Position numbers and translations under genes: made by a program. DNA of 64,000 nt from Candidatus Binatia bacterium. Its GTDB lineage: Bacteria > Desulfobacterota > Binatia > Bin18. The notes below the pieces were generated by a model. That model did no database searches. It was not told the origin of the DNA and was given only the letters and a program-made list of their open reading frames with translations. The stretch's first letter is position 1. Each line of letters opens with the position of its first letter. The stretch spans positions 1,440,001 to 1,504,000 of the forward strand of contig OY761159.2 of the NCBI GenBank assembly GCA_963664395.2, in the 5' to 3' direction. Shown in pieces: positions 9,871 through 19,039 of the stretch.

Positions 9871-10632
9871 ATGCTGACCAACTTCCTGACGGCTTTACAG
9901 CTTCTGACCATCATACGCATTAAAAAATATCTGCCTTTTGAGGAAACGGCTGTGGGGCGATCCGCGATATTTTTTCCGCTTATTGGCCTCCTCATCGGCG
10001 CTCTGGTCTGGGGGGCAGACTGGGTGCTCCGTCCGGTATTTCCAACCACAATCCTCAGCATCATTCTCGTTGGACTGCTGGCAGCCTTGAGTCGGGGCTT
10101 TCATCTTGACGGGGTCGCTGATAGCGCAGACGGGCTGTTTGGCAGCCGCAGTCCGGCCATTATGAAAGACGGTACGCATGCTACGCTTGGAACGTATGGC
10201 GTCTTGGCTCTTTTTTTCATCCTCATGTTCAAAGTACGCGCATTGGATCTTTTACTCGGCGGCTATCGAGACATCGCCCTCCTGCTCGGACCTATGCTCG
10301 GTCGGTGGGCGTGCGTGGTCATGGCCTATAGCTCACGTCCTGCCAGAGATGAGGGACTGGGCACCCTATTTGTGCACGGCGTCCAGTTCAATGAATTTGC
10401 CCTCTCCAGCCTCATCGCTCTGGGTGTCCTGTTTACGCTGATTGAAATTGTTGGTATTGCGCTCGTTCTTCCCCTGGGCGGACTCATTATAGGCTTCACC
10501 CTGTTTTGTAATCGCCGCCTGGGAGGAGTCACTGGAGAGAATTGGGCTGCAGTGGGAGAACTCGTTGAGACAGCTGCGCTCTGCCTCTTCGTCCTCCTCG
10601 CAGGAGGGGGTGCGGTCACCGCCTCATCGTAG
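9871..10632 (+). CDS. cobS: Adenosylcobinamide-GDP ribazoletransferase (cobalamin synthase) family membrane protein
   Basis: ALQLLT N-terminus, FFPLIGLLIG, GFHLDGVADSADGL, IMKD, GGVTG motifs; ATG 9871 preferred. Confidence 0.85.
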   Translation: MLTNFLTALQLLTIIRIKKYLPFEETAVGRSAIFFPLIGLLIGALVWGADWVLRPVFPTTILSIILVGLLAALSRGFHLDGVADSADGLFGSRSPAIMKDGTHATLGTYGVLALFFILMFKVRALDLLLGGYRDIALLLGPMLGRWACVVMAYSSRPARDEGLGTLFVHGVQFNEFALSSLIALGVLFTLIEIVGIALVLPLGGLIIGFTLFCNRRLGGVTGENWAAVGELVETAALCLFVLLAGGGAVTASS

Positions 10633-10662
10633 GGGGCCGAGGAAATGGGGGGGGGGCTTGCG

Positions 10663-10689
10663 GGGAAAGCGTACGCCTGACGCTTTCCC
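10663..10689. terminator. Stem-loop between convergent cobS and the hypothetical gene
   Basis: GGGAAAGCGT, 7-nt loop, ACGCTTTCCC: perfect 10-bp inverted repeat; no clear U-tract. Confidence 0.5.
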
Positions 10690-10717
10690 GGTCCGCTCAT
10701 GAGTCAGGAAGGGGAAG

Positions 10718-11089
10718 TTAGATGTCGGCGCGGACAGGAATCTCTACGCTGAGAGCGACATCAACCAGCGCTTCGCCGTGCCGTGCATAGAGGAGCGTTT
10801 GTTCCTCTTTCCACGTTTTGAGCGCTTCACGCATTCTGCCCGGATTGATTCCCAGCACGTCGCAAACATTTTCAAAAGAGAAGAACCAGAGTCCATCAGA
10901 GGACACAATCCATTCTTCGGCTTCTTGAAAGAGTCGCCGTTCGTGAGGTTTTTTTGCCAACAGATAGGTCTGGAAACAATGGACTGCGTCCTCTAGCATG
11001 GCTAGCAGGAGCCGTTTCTCACCCTGCAGGGGTTTACGCCCGAGCAAGGTAAAATACTGCTCCGGCAAGAGAGTGTCTGGTTCAAACAT
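10718..11089 (-). CDS. Conserved-looking hypothetical protein (FEPDTLLPEQY / EKRLLLAMLEDA type)
   Basis: Clean 123-aa ORF with GGAG RBS, divergent from LysR; mostly helical with a W...FSFENVC..L motif. Confidence 0.8.
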   Translation of the reverse strand: MFEPDTLLPEQYFTLLGRKPLQGEKRLLLAMLEDAVHCFQTYLLAKKPHERRLFQEAEEWIVSSDGLWFFSFENVCDVLGINPGRMREALKTWKEEQTLLYARHGEALVDVALSVEIPVRADI

Positions 11090-11200
11090 AGAGCCGCTCC
11101 TCTACAAAAAAGTAATACGCGTCGCCGTGTGAGGGTGGCAGAGTAGCGAAATTCCATCTATAAGTAAAGTAAAAAAATCTTCTTTCAATTATTAGCAACC

Positions 11201-12130
11201 ATGCATATTGAAACGCTTAAGGTCTTTTGTGATCTTGCTGAGACAGGGAGTTTTTCCCTTGCCTCTTCGAAAAATTTTATTACGCAATCTGCGGTCAGCC
11301 AGCAGATTCGTGGCTTGGAAGAACGCTACGGCAGAGAACTTGTTGAACGCTCGAAGGGGAACGTACGCCTGACACAAGCAGGCCAGGTCTTGTATGAGAC
11401 TGGCAAGGAGATCGTTCAGAAATATCGTGAAATCGAAGACAGTATCCAGAGCCTGTCGCGCTCAGTTGCAGGAACCGTTCGGGTTGCCACGGTGTATAGT
11501 GTCGGACTCTATGAGCTCTCTTCGCCACTCAAGCGCTATCTGCAGACATTTCCCGATGTCAACATCCACTTGGAATATACCCGCGCCAACAAAATCTACG
11601 AAGAGGTGAGTCGTGGGGATATTGATTTGGGTATTGTCGCCTATCCGAGTAAGCGGCCCCAGATTCAAATCACCCCGTTTCGGGAAGATAGGCTGGTCTT
11701 GATTTGCACCCCGCAACATCGGTTCGCTTCGCTCCGGCGCATACAAATCAAGAAGCTCGACGGAGAGAAATTTGTCGGCTTCGAACGCGACATTCCGACT
11801 CGTCGGGCGCTTGATCGTCTTTTCCGTCGGCATGGGGTAAAAGTCCAATACATGATGGAAATGGATAATGTCGAAACTATCAAACGGGCAGTCGAAATAG
11901 GGGCTGGAATCGCTATTGTACCAGAGCCCTCTGTTGCTCTTGAGGTGAAGAATGAGACCCTCAAGGTTGTCCATTTTTCCGGCGAAGTCCTTATGCGCCC
12001 CCTCGGCATTATTTCCAAGCGGGGCCGCCGTTTTACCCAGGCCATGCAAAAATTTATTGATTTTCTTGAAGAAAAGCCGACGCAACAGGCCGCAGAGCCC
12101 TCGAACCGTGTGCGCCAAGCTAGTGCCTAG
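11201..12130 (+). CDS. LysR family transcriptional regulator
   Basis: N-terminal HTH (GSFS..S...FITQSAVSQQIRGLE), LTQAG, substrate-binding domain with ETIKRAVEIGAGIAIVP. Confidence 0.95.
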   Translation: MHIETLKVFCDLAETGSFSLASSKNFITQSAVSQQIRGLEERYGRELVERSKGNVRLTQAGQVLYETGKEIVQKYREIEDSIQSLSRSVAGTVRVATVYSVGLYELSSPLKRYLQTFPDVNIHLEYTRANKIYEEVSRGDIDLGIVAYPSKRPQIQITPFREDRLVLICTPQHRFASLRRIQIKKLDGEKFVGFERDIPTRRALDRLFRRHGVKVQYMMEMDNVETIKRAVEIGAGIAIVPEPSVALEVKNETLKVVHFSGEVLMRPLGIISKRGRRFTQAMQKFIDFLEEKPTQQAAEPSNRVRQASA

Positions 12131-12292
12131 GAGGCCAGGCTATATTGACAGCGGCGGCGCATTGGAAACAGTCGGGGAGAAGAGCGCCAAGGGAGCGCGC
12201 ACCCTACTGCCCGTTTTCCATATGCCAGCAGTCCTCTTGTCACCCTTCTTATCCAGAGTGTCACTCACAGTGCTCAGACCGTGCATTTGGAC

Positions 12293-13669
12293 TTACGCCG
12301 AACTTTTTGGCGTGTCAAAAAAGTCGCGCGTCACGCGGAATACCATCGGTGCCAGGAGGAGGAGGCCGACCAGGTTAGGCACGGCCATCAGGCCGTTGAG
12401 GGTGTCGGATAAATTCCAGACGAAATCCACCTTGACGTTGGCAAAGCCAAACGCCGCCACGACCCACCCCACGCGATACACGATCAAGCTGTTTTCGTTG
12501 AACACGTATTGCCAGCAGCGCTCGCCGTAATACGACCAACCCAGGATGGTCGTAAACGCAAAGACGACCAGCGCAACGGTAACGATATAGTGTCCACCGA
12601 CCAGAGTACTCTGAAAGGCCGTAGCGGTGAGGACCGCCCCGGTCAGACCACTCCCATCCGGGCCCAGAACCGTCCACGCACCCGAGGTGAGGATTACCAG
12701 CGCAGTCATAGTGCATACGATGAGAGTATCGATAAGCGTCCCCAGCATGGCAATCATGCCCTGTCGCACCGGACTGGTTGTTTTGGCGGCGGCATGCGCA
12801 ATCGCGGCGGAACCCAGGCCGGACTCGTTGGAGAACACCCCGCGGGCCACCCCAAAACGAACCGCCGCAGCCACCGCGGCCCCGGCAAAGCCGCCGGTTG
12901 CAGCCGCAGGCGTAAAGGCATGGGTGAAAATCAGGCCAATCGCTTCGGGCACAGCGCTAATATTCAGACTGATGACCAGCAGAGCACTCCCAAGGTAGAG
13001 CACGATCATGGCCGGGACCAGCTTACCGGCCACCTCGGCTATGCGTCTGATACCACCGACGAGGACAAATCCAACCAGCCCGGCCACAACGACTCCGGTC
13101 AACACGGCTGGAACGCCGAAGCTGTCCGCTAAAACGGCGGCCATTGAGTTAACCTGTACCGCGTTCCCGATCCCAAAAGCGGCAATCGCACCGAATATGG
13201 CAAAGGCCAGTCCCAACCACCTGCCCAGTTCGGGCGCGGAGTCACCCACGCCCTTGTGCAGGTAATACATGGGGCCACCCACATACCTGCCCACGGCGTC
13301 TACCTCGCGGTAGGTCACTGCACACACGGCCTCGGCGTATTTGGTCGCCATGCCAAACAGAGCGATCAGCCACATGTAAAAGATCGCACCCGGCCCGCCC
13401 AAGGCAATGGCGGTCGCGACACCGGCAATATTCCCGGTTCCAACCGTCGCCGAGAGTGCCGTCATGAGGGCGTTGAAGGGCCTCACCTCGCCTTCGCCGT
13501 CGGGGTTGTGTTTTTCAAACAGCAGCCGAAAGCCGTAGCCAACTTTTCGCCAAGGTATAAAAACCAGCCCCAGGGTCAGGACAACGCCCGTGAAGCCCAG
13601 CAGAACCAGCATCGGCGGTCCCCACACCAAGGCATTGACGCTATCTATAAAGGAGTTGAGTTGCTCCAT
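12293..13669 (-). CDS. Sodium:alanine/glycine symporter (AGCS family)
   Basis: ALSATVGTGNIAGVATAI..GGPGAIFYMW, GGPMYY, RGVFSNESGLGS, LMAVPNL; start MEQLNSF at 13669. Confidence 0.95.
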   Translation of the reverse strand: MEQLNSFIDSVNALVWGPPMLVLLGFTGVVLTLGLVFIPWRKVGYGFRLLFEKHNPDGEGEVRPFNALMTALSATVGTGNIAGVATAIALGGPGAIFYMWLIALFGMATKYAEAVCAVTYREVDAVGRYVGGPMYYLHKGVGDSAPELGRWLGLAFAIFGAIAAFGIGNAVQVNSMAAVLADSFGVPAVLTGVVVAGLVGFVLVGGIRRIAEVAGKLVPAMIVLYLGSALLVISLNISAVPEAIGLIFTHAFTPAAATGGFAGAAVAAAVRFGVARGVFSNESGLGSAAIAHAAAKTTSPVRQGMIAMLGTLIDTLIVCTMTALVILTSGAWTVLGPDGSGLTGAVLTATAFQSTLVGGHYIVTVALVVFAFTTILGWSYYGERCWQYVFNENSLIVYRVGWVVAAFGFANVKVDFVWNLSDTLNGLMAVPNLVGLLLLAPMVFRVTRDFFDTPKSSA

Positions 13670-13689
13670 CGTATTGCTTCCCAGGGGCA

Positions 13690-15429
13690 TCAAGGTCCGG
13701 CTGACCCGGTCCGGGCTGAAGCATCCTTCAGGTATTCGGAGAATTCGTAGATACCATACGCCTCTCGTCCCTGCCACACTGTTCGGGACAGCCCAAATGT
13801 CACAGCCAAGGCAGGCCCTTTGTGTGTATGGCGTACAATGGGAATCGCCGTCAAGGTTTCTCCCTGGCACTCAAGCGACAGTGGAGCAGAAGAAGAGAAT
13901 GCGACAGAGAATTGTGTGGGCCGACCATGCGTAAAGGCGTATTCGAGCTGCCAGTCTACGGGGTCCAGCGGATGTGGGCGGCCGTTCTGATAGACAATGC
14001 CGGAAGAACGCGGCCCTTCAGGAGTTTCGGACCGAGCCAGGAAAATCCCCAGATCAGATCCAAAGGGCAATGACAACAAGCGGCGCGGCAGGAGGCGGTC
14101 CGTTTCATCCGGCCTGAGTACGTCAACAAAGCCCCAGGCGCTGACCGTATATTCGCGGTCCGGAAAGGCCACGCTCCCCTGGAGTTGGCAGAGCTGAATA
14201 AGAGCCGGACGGCTGGCACTCAACGCAGGAAACACCAGATGCAGGTCTACTTCAGCCGGCTCTATCCATGAAGCTGCCAATCCATCTTCGAGCCGAATAA
14301 ACGCCTGGGGATGGGCAAAGCGCATTATCGTTCCCCGGTAGTTGATGGAGAGTCCACTCGGCTGCCGCCGCCACACACATTGCCCGACCTGAACGTGACC
14401 GCGGTCCAGCCCACTCGTATCTTCACCGGTAAAGAGAACCATCTCAGTCCCGCCAAGAGAAAGGAGCAAGCGTCCGGCGTGGACAGACGCACCAGGATCA
14501 AATTCTACGCCTCCCATCACACCTAAACCACTCATCGGGTCATGGAAGTGTAAGGCCAAACGGGTGGGGGCGCGTTCCCACGTCCAAGGCAGCAAAGAAT
14601 CGTACGGTGTTTCGTCCGCTTCGGCCCCCCCCCTCACTGGGGGGTTGAAAGAAAAAACAGAAAAGTCACGGTCCCGGTCAGGCGCGGCTGCATTCTGCAC
14701 AGAGTTGCCCAAGGTATGACAAAAGACGTGGACAAAGCGATCGCGCTCTTGTCCGGGCCAACGCAGGCCCACGCCAAGTTCCAACTGGGCGGCGTTAATT
14801 TTTCCCTGTACGCTCAGCTCAGCCAGCGTTCGTATCTGCGCAGAGTCATCGTGCAGGAAGCGCGCACTAAAGACCTGCATAAAATTATTTTGGGCAGCCG
14901 CGGCGTAGCGCCGTCCAATCGCCACGTCAATGTTCTGTTGCTGCGCTGCTTCACAAAAAGGGATCATAACATCAGAAAAGAAAGACACCTCAAGCGTCGG
15001 CTCCCCTTTGCCAGCTCTCAGCAGTTTTCCCGCTCGTTGGCGGAGTCCGATACCAACATCGCACACGGGCTGCACCACGTTCCAGCCATGAATGAAAAAG
15101 ACGCGCACCGAGTCATGCTGGGCCGTCAGCGCAGACAGAAGTTCGACCAGGGCGCGCAGAAACCACGGCGCCTCGTGTTTGACCTGACTCACGCGGTTCA
15201 AGTCCAGCTCGTTGCGGTCATGCGAGCGGTTGATCAGCGCATAGCTGCGGGTGTGCTCGGCTAAGTCGTGGGTGAGCTCGGCCGTATACAGATCGTTGAC
15301 CTTGATACTATCGGTAATCGGGGCGTCAGCCGGGCGGCGGCCCCCGTGCGGAGCGACTAAGACAATGGGGACCTCACCAGCGGTGAATGTCATCCACGCG
15401 GGCAGGGTCGGCTCAAACGAAAACGGCAT
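13690..15429 (-). CDS. Two-domain hypothetical protein: N-terminal zinc-exopeptidase-like (N-formylglutamate amidohydrolase-like) domain plus beta-rich C-terminal domain
   Basis: LVAPHGG, NDLYT, DLNR, FFIHGW, QLE in the first half; aromatic/glycine-rich strand pattern in the second half. Confidence 0.6.
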   Translation of the reverse strand: MPFSFEPTLPAWMTFTAGEVPIVLVAPHGGRRPADAPITDSIKVNDLYTAELTHDLAEHTRSYALINRSHDRNELDLNRVSQVKHEAPWFLRALVELLSALTAQHDSVRVFFIHGWNVVQPVCDVGIGLRQRAGKLLRAGKGEPTLEVSFFSDVMIPFCEAAQQQNIDVAIGRRYAAAAQNNFMQVFSARFLHDDSAQIRTLAELSVQGKINAAQLELGVGLRWPGQERDRFVHVFCHTLGNSVQNAAAPDRDRDFSVFSFNPPVRGGAEADETPYDSLLPWTWERAPTRLALHFHDPMSGLGVMGGVEFDPGASVHAGRLLLSLGGTEMVLFTGEDTSGLDRGHVQVGQCVWRRQPSGLSINYRGTIMRFAHPQAFIRLEDGLAASWIEPAEVDLHLVFPALSASRPALIQLCQLQGSVAFPDREYTVSAWGFVDVLRPDETDRLLPRRLLSLPFGSDLGIFLARSETPEGPRSSGIVYQNGRPHPLDPVDWQLEYAFTHGRPTQFSVAFSSSAPLSLECQGETLTAIPIVRHTHKGPALAVTFGLSRTVWQGREAYGIYEFSEYLKDASARTGSAGP

Positions 15430-15491
15430 GGCGTTACTATACTCGATATATCCGAAAGACAGAACGTCTCCCAAAGAGAGACACAGAAAGC

Positions 15492-16469
15492 CTATCTACT
15501 CGCCTCGTCAAGCTGGCGTTCCAGGTCTTCAACAGGAATGCTGCCCGGCTGTTGGCCGGTGCGCGCCATACGATTGGCAACGTGTTGCAGCAGGGCGTTA
15601 CAGGGGGTGAGAATCCCGTGGAGTCTACCCAGCATGACAATCTCCCCGTTCAAAAAGTCAGCCTCGATCGTAGGTAAACTGCGCATCAGACTTTGCCACG
15701 ACGAACCGCCAGCCCGCGGGTGGCCTTCAATATCAGCGAGCTTGATCTGAGATCGTACCCGCGCTTGTAATTCATCCTCGGGCACAAACTCAATACCCGC
15801 AGCCTGGTAGCAGGCGAGGGCTTCGGCGCGCAGCGCTCGAATAATTTTTTGCGAGCGCGCCTCAAATCCGCACGCCGCCTGAAAGGCGTTACGCACATTA
15901 CTCAGCAGCTTGGTGTATTTCCAGCGCATAATATTGTGGTCAGGCGCGGCACTAAAGCCACAGGTGGTCAGATCCTGCGTCACTTGGCTAATGAGCGGAT
16001 CAACCCCGTCGGGATAGCGACCGGCATCCAGAATACCGCCAACGGGCTCGGCATGATTCAGAACCAGGCCGGGCTCCAAATAGGTGGCCGGCATCCAGAC
16101 AACCATGCCGTAGACACGCCCAAATCTGCGAACGGCCAGGCGTTCATTGTCCACCCCGTTCTGCCCGCAGATGAGGGTCAGGTCTCGACCCCCCGCGCGC
16201 TCAAGGTCGCGCAGCGCCATTTCCGTGTCCTGGGACTTCATCGTCAGCAACACGACATCATCTGGAGTAAATGCGATCTCTTCGGGATGGCTGACCGCAC
16301 GGATTGTGAGGGTGAGGGTTTCCTTGGGGGTCTTCAAGGTCAGGCCTGTGGATTGGATGGTGTGTAAGTGCTCACCACGGCAGATAAGGATAACTTCATG
16401 CCCGTGCTGAAACAGCCGTGCCCCAATGGCCCCACCGATACCACCGGCTCCGTAGACGATGTAGCGCAT
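15492..16469 (-). CDS. Ketopantoate reductase (ApbA/PanE) family oxidoreductase
   Basis: GAGGIG Rossmann motif, LTMKSQD, QNGV, WKYTKLLSN, SSWQS, EADFLNGEIV. Confidence 0.9.
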   Translation of the reverse strand: MRYIVYGAGGIGGAIGARLFQHGHEVILICRGEHLHTIQSTGLTLKTPKETLTLTIRAVSHPEEIAFTPDDVVLLTMKSQDTEMALRDLERAGGRDLTLICGQNGVDNERLAVRRFGRVYGMVVWMPATYLEPGLVLNHAEPVGGILDAGRYPDGVDPLISQVTQDLTTCGFSAAPDHNIMRWKYTKLLSNVRNAFQAACGFEARSQKIIRALRAEALACYQAAGIEFVPEDELQARVRSQIKLADIEGHPRAGGSSWQSLMRSLPTIEADFLNGEIVMLGRLHGILTPCNALLQHVANRMARTGQQPGSIPVEDLERQLDEASR

Positions 16470-16582
16470 GCGAATCTCCTACACTGTCAATACAGTCAGG
16501 GTCGGATTCTACCCCTCGCCCGCGCGTCTATACACCCCACTCGACAGGACGAACGGAATAAACCCTGAACGGTTCGGTCGGA

Positions 16583-16612
16583 TTGACATTGCCAAGCCAA
16601 CCGCAGGATAAT
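16583..16612 (+). promoter_or_regulatory. Possible sigma70-type promoter for the amidohydrolase gene
   Basis: TTGACA 16583-16588, 18-bp spacer, GATAAT 16607-16612, followed by a GGGGGA RBS and ATG 16639. Confidence 0.4.
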
Positions 16613-16638
16613 CACAGCCACAAAGGAAGGGGGACAAC

Positions 16639-17748
16639 ATGGCACAAGGTTCAATACCAAGCACGATTTTTTCTGCCGACTCGCACACCATAGAGCCTGC
16701 GGATTTGTGGGTACAACGGGTGGACCGAGGCTTTCGAGACCGGGCGCCGCGCGTCATCAAAGACTATCAGGACAAAAAGGGCAGCTTCTTTGTTGCGGAA
16801 GGACTTATGCCATTTCCCGTTGGCGGCGGATTTGCCGCCGGCAAGGACCCCAAAGATCTGGCGACCAATCAGAACGTCGGCTACGAGCAGGCGCGGCCGA
16901 GCGGCTGGGACCCGGTCGAACGGCTCAAGGATCAGGATATCGACGGGGTCGAGGGAGAGGTGCTGTACACGACCCTCGGCATGTTCCTCTTCCACCTCAA
17001 AGACGCCAACCTTCAGTGGGCGTGTTTCCGGGCCTATAACGATTGGATCGCCGAATTTACCAGTCACGCCCCCCAGCGCCTTGTTGGTTTGGGGCTGATT
17101 GCCATGCAGGATGTTGAGCAGGCCGTAGGCGAGTTGCAACGCGTGGCCAATAAAGGCTTGCGCGGGATCATGATTAACGCAGCCTCCCCCCGAGATGTGC
17201 CCTACAGCGACACCTATTTTGATGCGTTCTGGGCGGCCGCTCAGGATCTGAACCTGCCGGTGAGCCTGCATATTCTGACCGGCAAGCAAAACATCCGGCT
17301 CAAAAAGGGACGGGTTGCCTCAAACATGTCTATTATTCACGAAGTCCAAAACTCGCTGACCGATCTGATTTATAACGGTGTGTGCGAACGCTTTCCCCGG
17401 CTGAAGCTGGTTTCCGCAGAAAACGATATTGGCTGGATTGCCCATTATCTGAGTCGTTTGGACATCTCGTCCGAAACGCTCAAGTATGTGGACCCAACCC
17501 CGAATACCCTCCTGCCCAGCGAGTATTTCAAGCGGCAGATCTATGCCACCTTTCAAGACGACCGAGCCGGGGTTGTGACCTACGACCTGAGCGGTGAAGA
17601 CAACCTCATGTGGGCGTCAGACTTCCCCCACCGCGCCTCAACCTGGCCGCGCTCGCACGCAGTGGTGGAGCAAAATTTTGCTGGCATTCCAGCCGAGGTC
17701 AGGCGCAAGATTACCTATGAGAATGCGCGGCGTTTATACGGATTATAA
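16639..17748 (+). CDS. Amidohydrolase family protein (Amidohydro_2)
   Basis: SADSH metal motif, RAYNDW, SLHI, ERFPRLKLVSAENDIGW, MWASDFPH, ENARRLYG. Confidence 0.93.
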   Translation: MAQGSIPSTIFSADSHTIEPADLWVQRVDRGFRDRAPRVIKDYQDKKGSFFVAEGLMPFPVGGGFAAGKDPKDLATNQNVGYEQARPSGWDPVERLKDQDIDGVEGEVLYTTLGMFLFHLKDANLQWACFRAYNDWIAEFTSHAPQRLVGLGLIAMQDVEQAVGELQRVANKGLRGIMINAASPRDVPYSDTYFDAFWAAAQDLNLPVSLHILTGKQNIRLKKGRVASNMSIIHEVQNSLTDLIYNGVCERFPRLKLVSAENDIGWIAHYLSRLDISSETLKYVDPTPNTLLPSEYFKRQIYATFQDDRAGVVTYDLSGEDNLMWASDFPHRASTWPRSHAVVEQNFAGIPAEVRRKITYENARRLYGL

Positions 17749-17802
17749 GACGGGCGACGAATCGGATGACGCTCCGCGCAGCCGGTCCGCCATCCTCCCT
17801 GT

Positions 17803-19017
17803 CTACGTCAGGATGTCCTTCTCGCGGAGCGTAGCTATCTCATCCTGACTCAAGCCAACTATTTCGGCGAGGACGGCATCTGTGTCCTGGCCTAAGCAGG
17901 GCGCCGGACGCCGTATCTCACACGGTGTGCGGGGCATAGTCCAGGGTATGCCCATATGCCGGCGGGTGCCGACTTCCGGATGTTCCAGTTCAACAAAATA
18001 GTCCCGCGCGCCAACATGCGGGCTGTTGACCATGTCGATCGCATCAAGCGACGGATAGGCGGGAATGCCGACCTGCTGTAGATTCTGCGTCGCTTCAGCC
18101 GCGCTGATTTCTTGGGTCCAGGCCGTGACGATCTCTTCCAACGCCGCCTCATTTTCCTTCCGCGCGGTGAGGGTGGCAAAACGCGCGTCTGAACCGAGCT
18201 CGGGTTGGCCCATGACCTCACACAAGCGCTGCCATTCCGTCTCGTCCCGGACCGACAGGCTGACCCAGCGGTCGTCACCTTTGGAGCGAAACACGCCGTG
18301 GGGTGCCATATGGGGGTCACGATTGCCCATGCGTTCGGGTTGGGTGCCGTTCATGCTGTAGTCCATGAGCGCTTCAGGCAATAACATGATTGCCGCCTCC
18401 CACTGGGAGAGATCGATATACTGGCCCTGGCCGGTTTTTTCACGGTGGAGCAAGGCGCTCATGACGGCAAAGGTGGCATGGACACCGCCGTTGGGATCTC
18501 CGTAGGAAAAACCGGCCATCATGGGCGGGCCGCCCACATAGCCGGTCAGGGCTGACAAGCCGCTTTGGGCGACCTGCGGCGGACCATAGGACACAAAGTC
18601 TTTTTCCGGCCCGCTCGTTCCATAGCCCGGTAGAGAGACCATGATGATGTCGGGCTTGATGTGGCGTAGTACGTCATAGCCCACACCAAGTTTTTCCATC
18701 ACGCCCGAGGCAAAATTATTCATCACAATATCACTCTTTGAGACAAGTGTCTTGGCGATAGCGATGGCTTCCGGGGCTTTCAGGTCCAGGGTGAGGGAGC
18801 GTTTGCCCTGGTTGTACTGGTTAAAATAGCCTGCCCGGTTTACGCCCGATTCGTTGTCCGGCCAGGGCGGAATAAGGCGTGACGGACATAAGCGCTTGGC
18901 ACTCTCGATCCGAATGACGTCCGCGCCCAGGTGGGCCAGTTGCAGGGCGCCATACGGGCCGGCCCAAGCCCAGCAAAAGTCAACAACGCGGATTCCATCC
19001 AACGGCGGTCGGCTCAT
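17803..19017 (-). CDS. CaiB/BaiF (class III) CoA-transferase, catalytic Asp retained
   Basis: PLDGIRVVDF..AWAGP, LGADVIRIE, NQGKRSLTLDLK, SYGDPNGG, APCLGQDT. Confidence 0.93.
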   Translation of the reverse strand: MSRPPLDGIRVVDFCWAWAGPYGALQLAHLGADVIRIESAKRLCPSRLIPPWPDNESGVNRAGYFNQYNQGKRSLTLDLKAPEAIAIAKTLVSKSDIVMNNFASGVMEKLGVGYDVLRHIKPDIIMVSLPGYGTSGPEKDFVSYGPPQVAQSGLSALTGYVGGPPMMAGFSYGDPNGGVHATFAVMSALLHREKTGQGQYIDLSQWEAAIMLLPEALMDYSMNGTQPERMGNRDPHMAPHGVFRSKGDDRWVSLSVRDETEWQRLCEVMGQPELGSDARFATLTARKENEAALEEIVTAWTQEISAAEATQNLQQVGIPAYPSLDAIDMVNSPHVGARDYFVELEHPEVGTRRHMGIPWTMPRTPCEIRRPAPCLGQDTDAVLAEIVGLSQDEIATLREKDILT

Positions 19018-19039
19018 GATCTTCTCCTTTTGCTTTCCC

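Noticed and set aside
10647-10656. G10 homopolymer as a phase-variation switch
   Set aside because: It lies between two convergent 3' ends, outside coding or promoter sequence.
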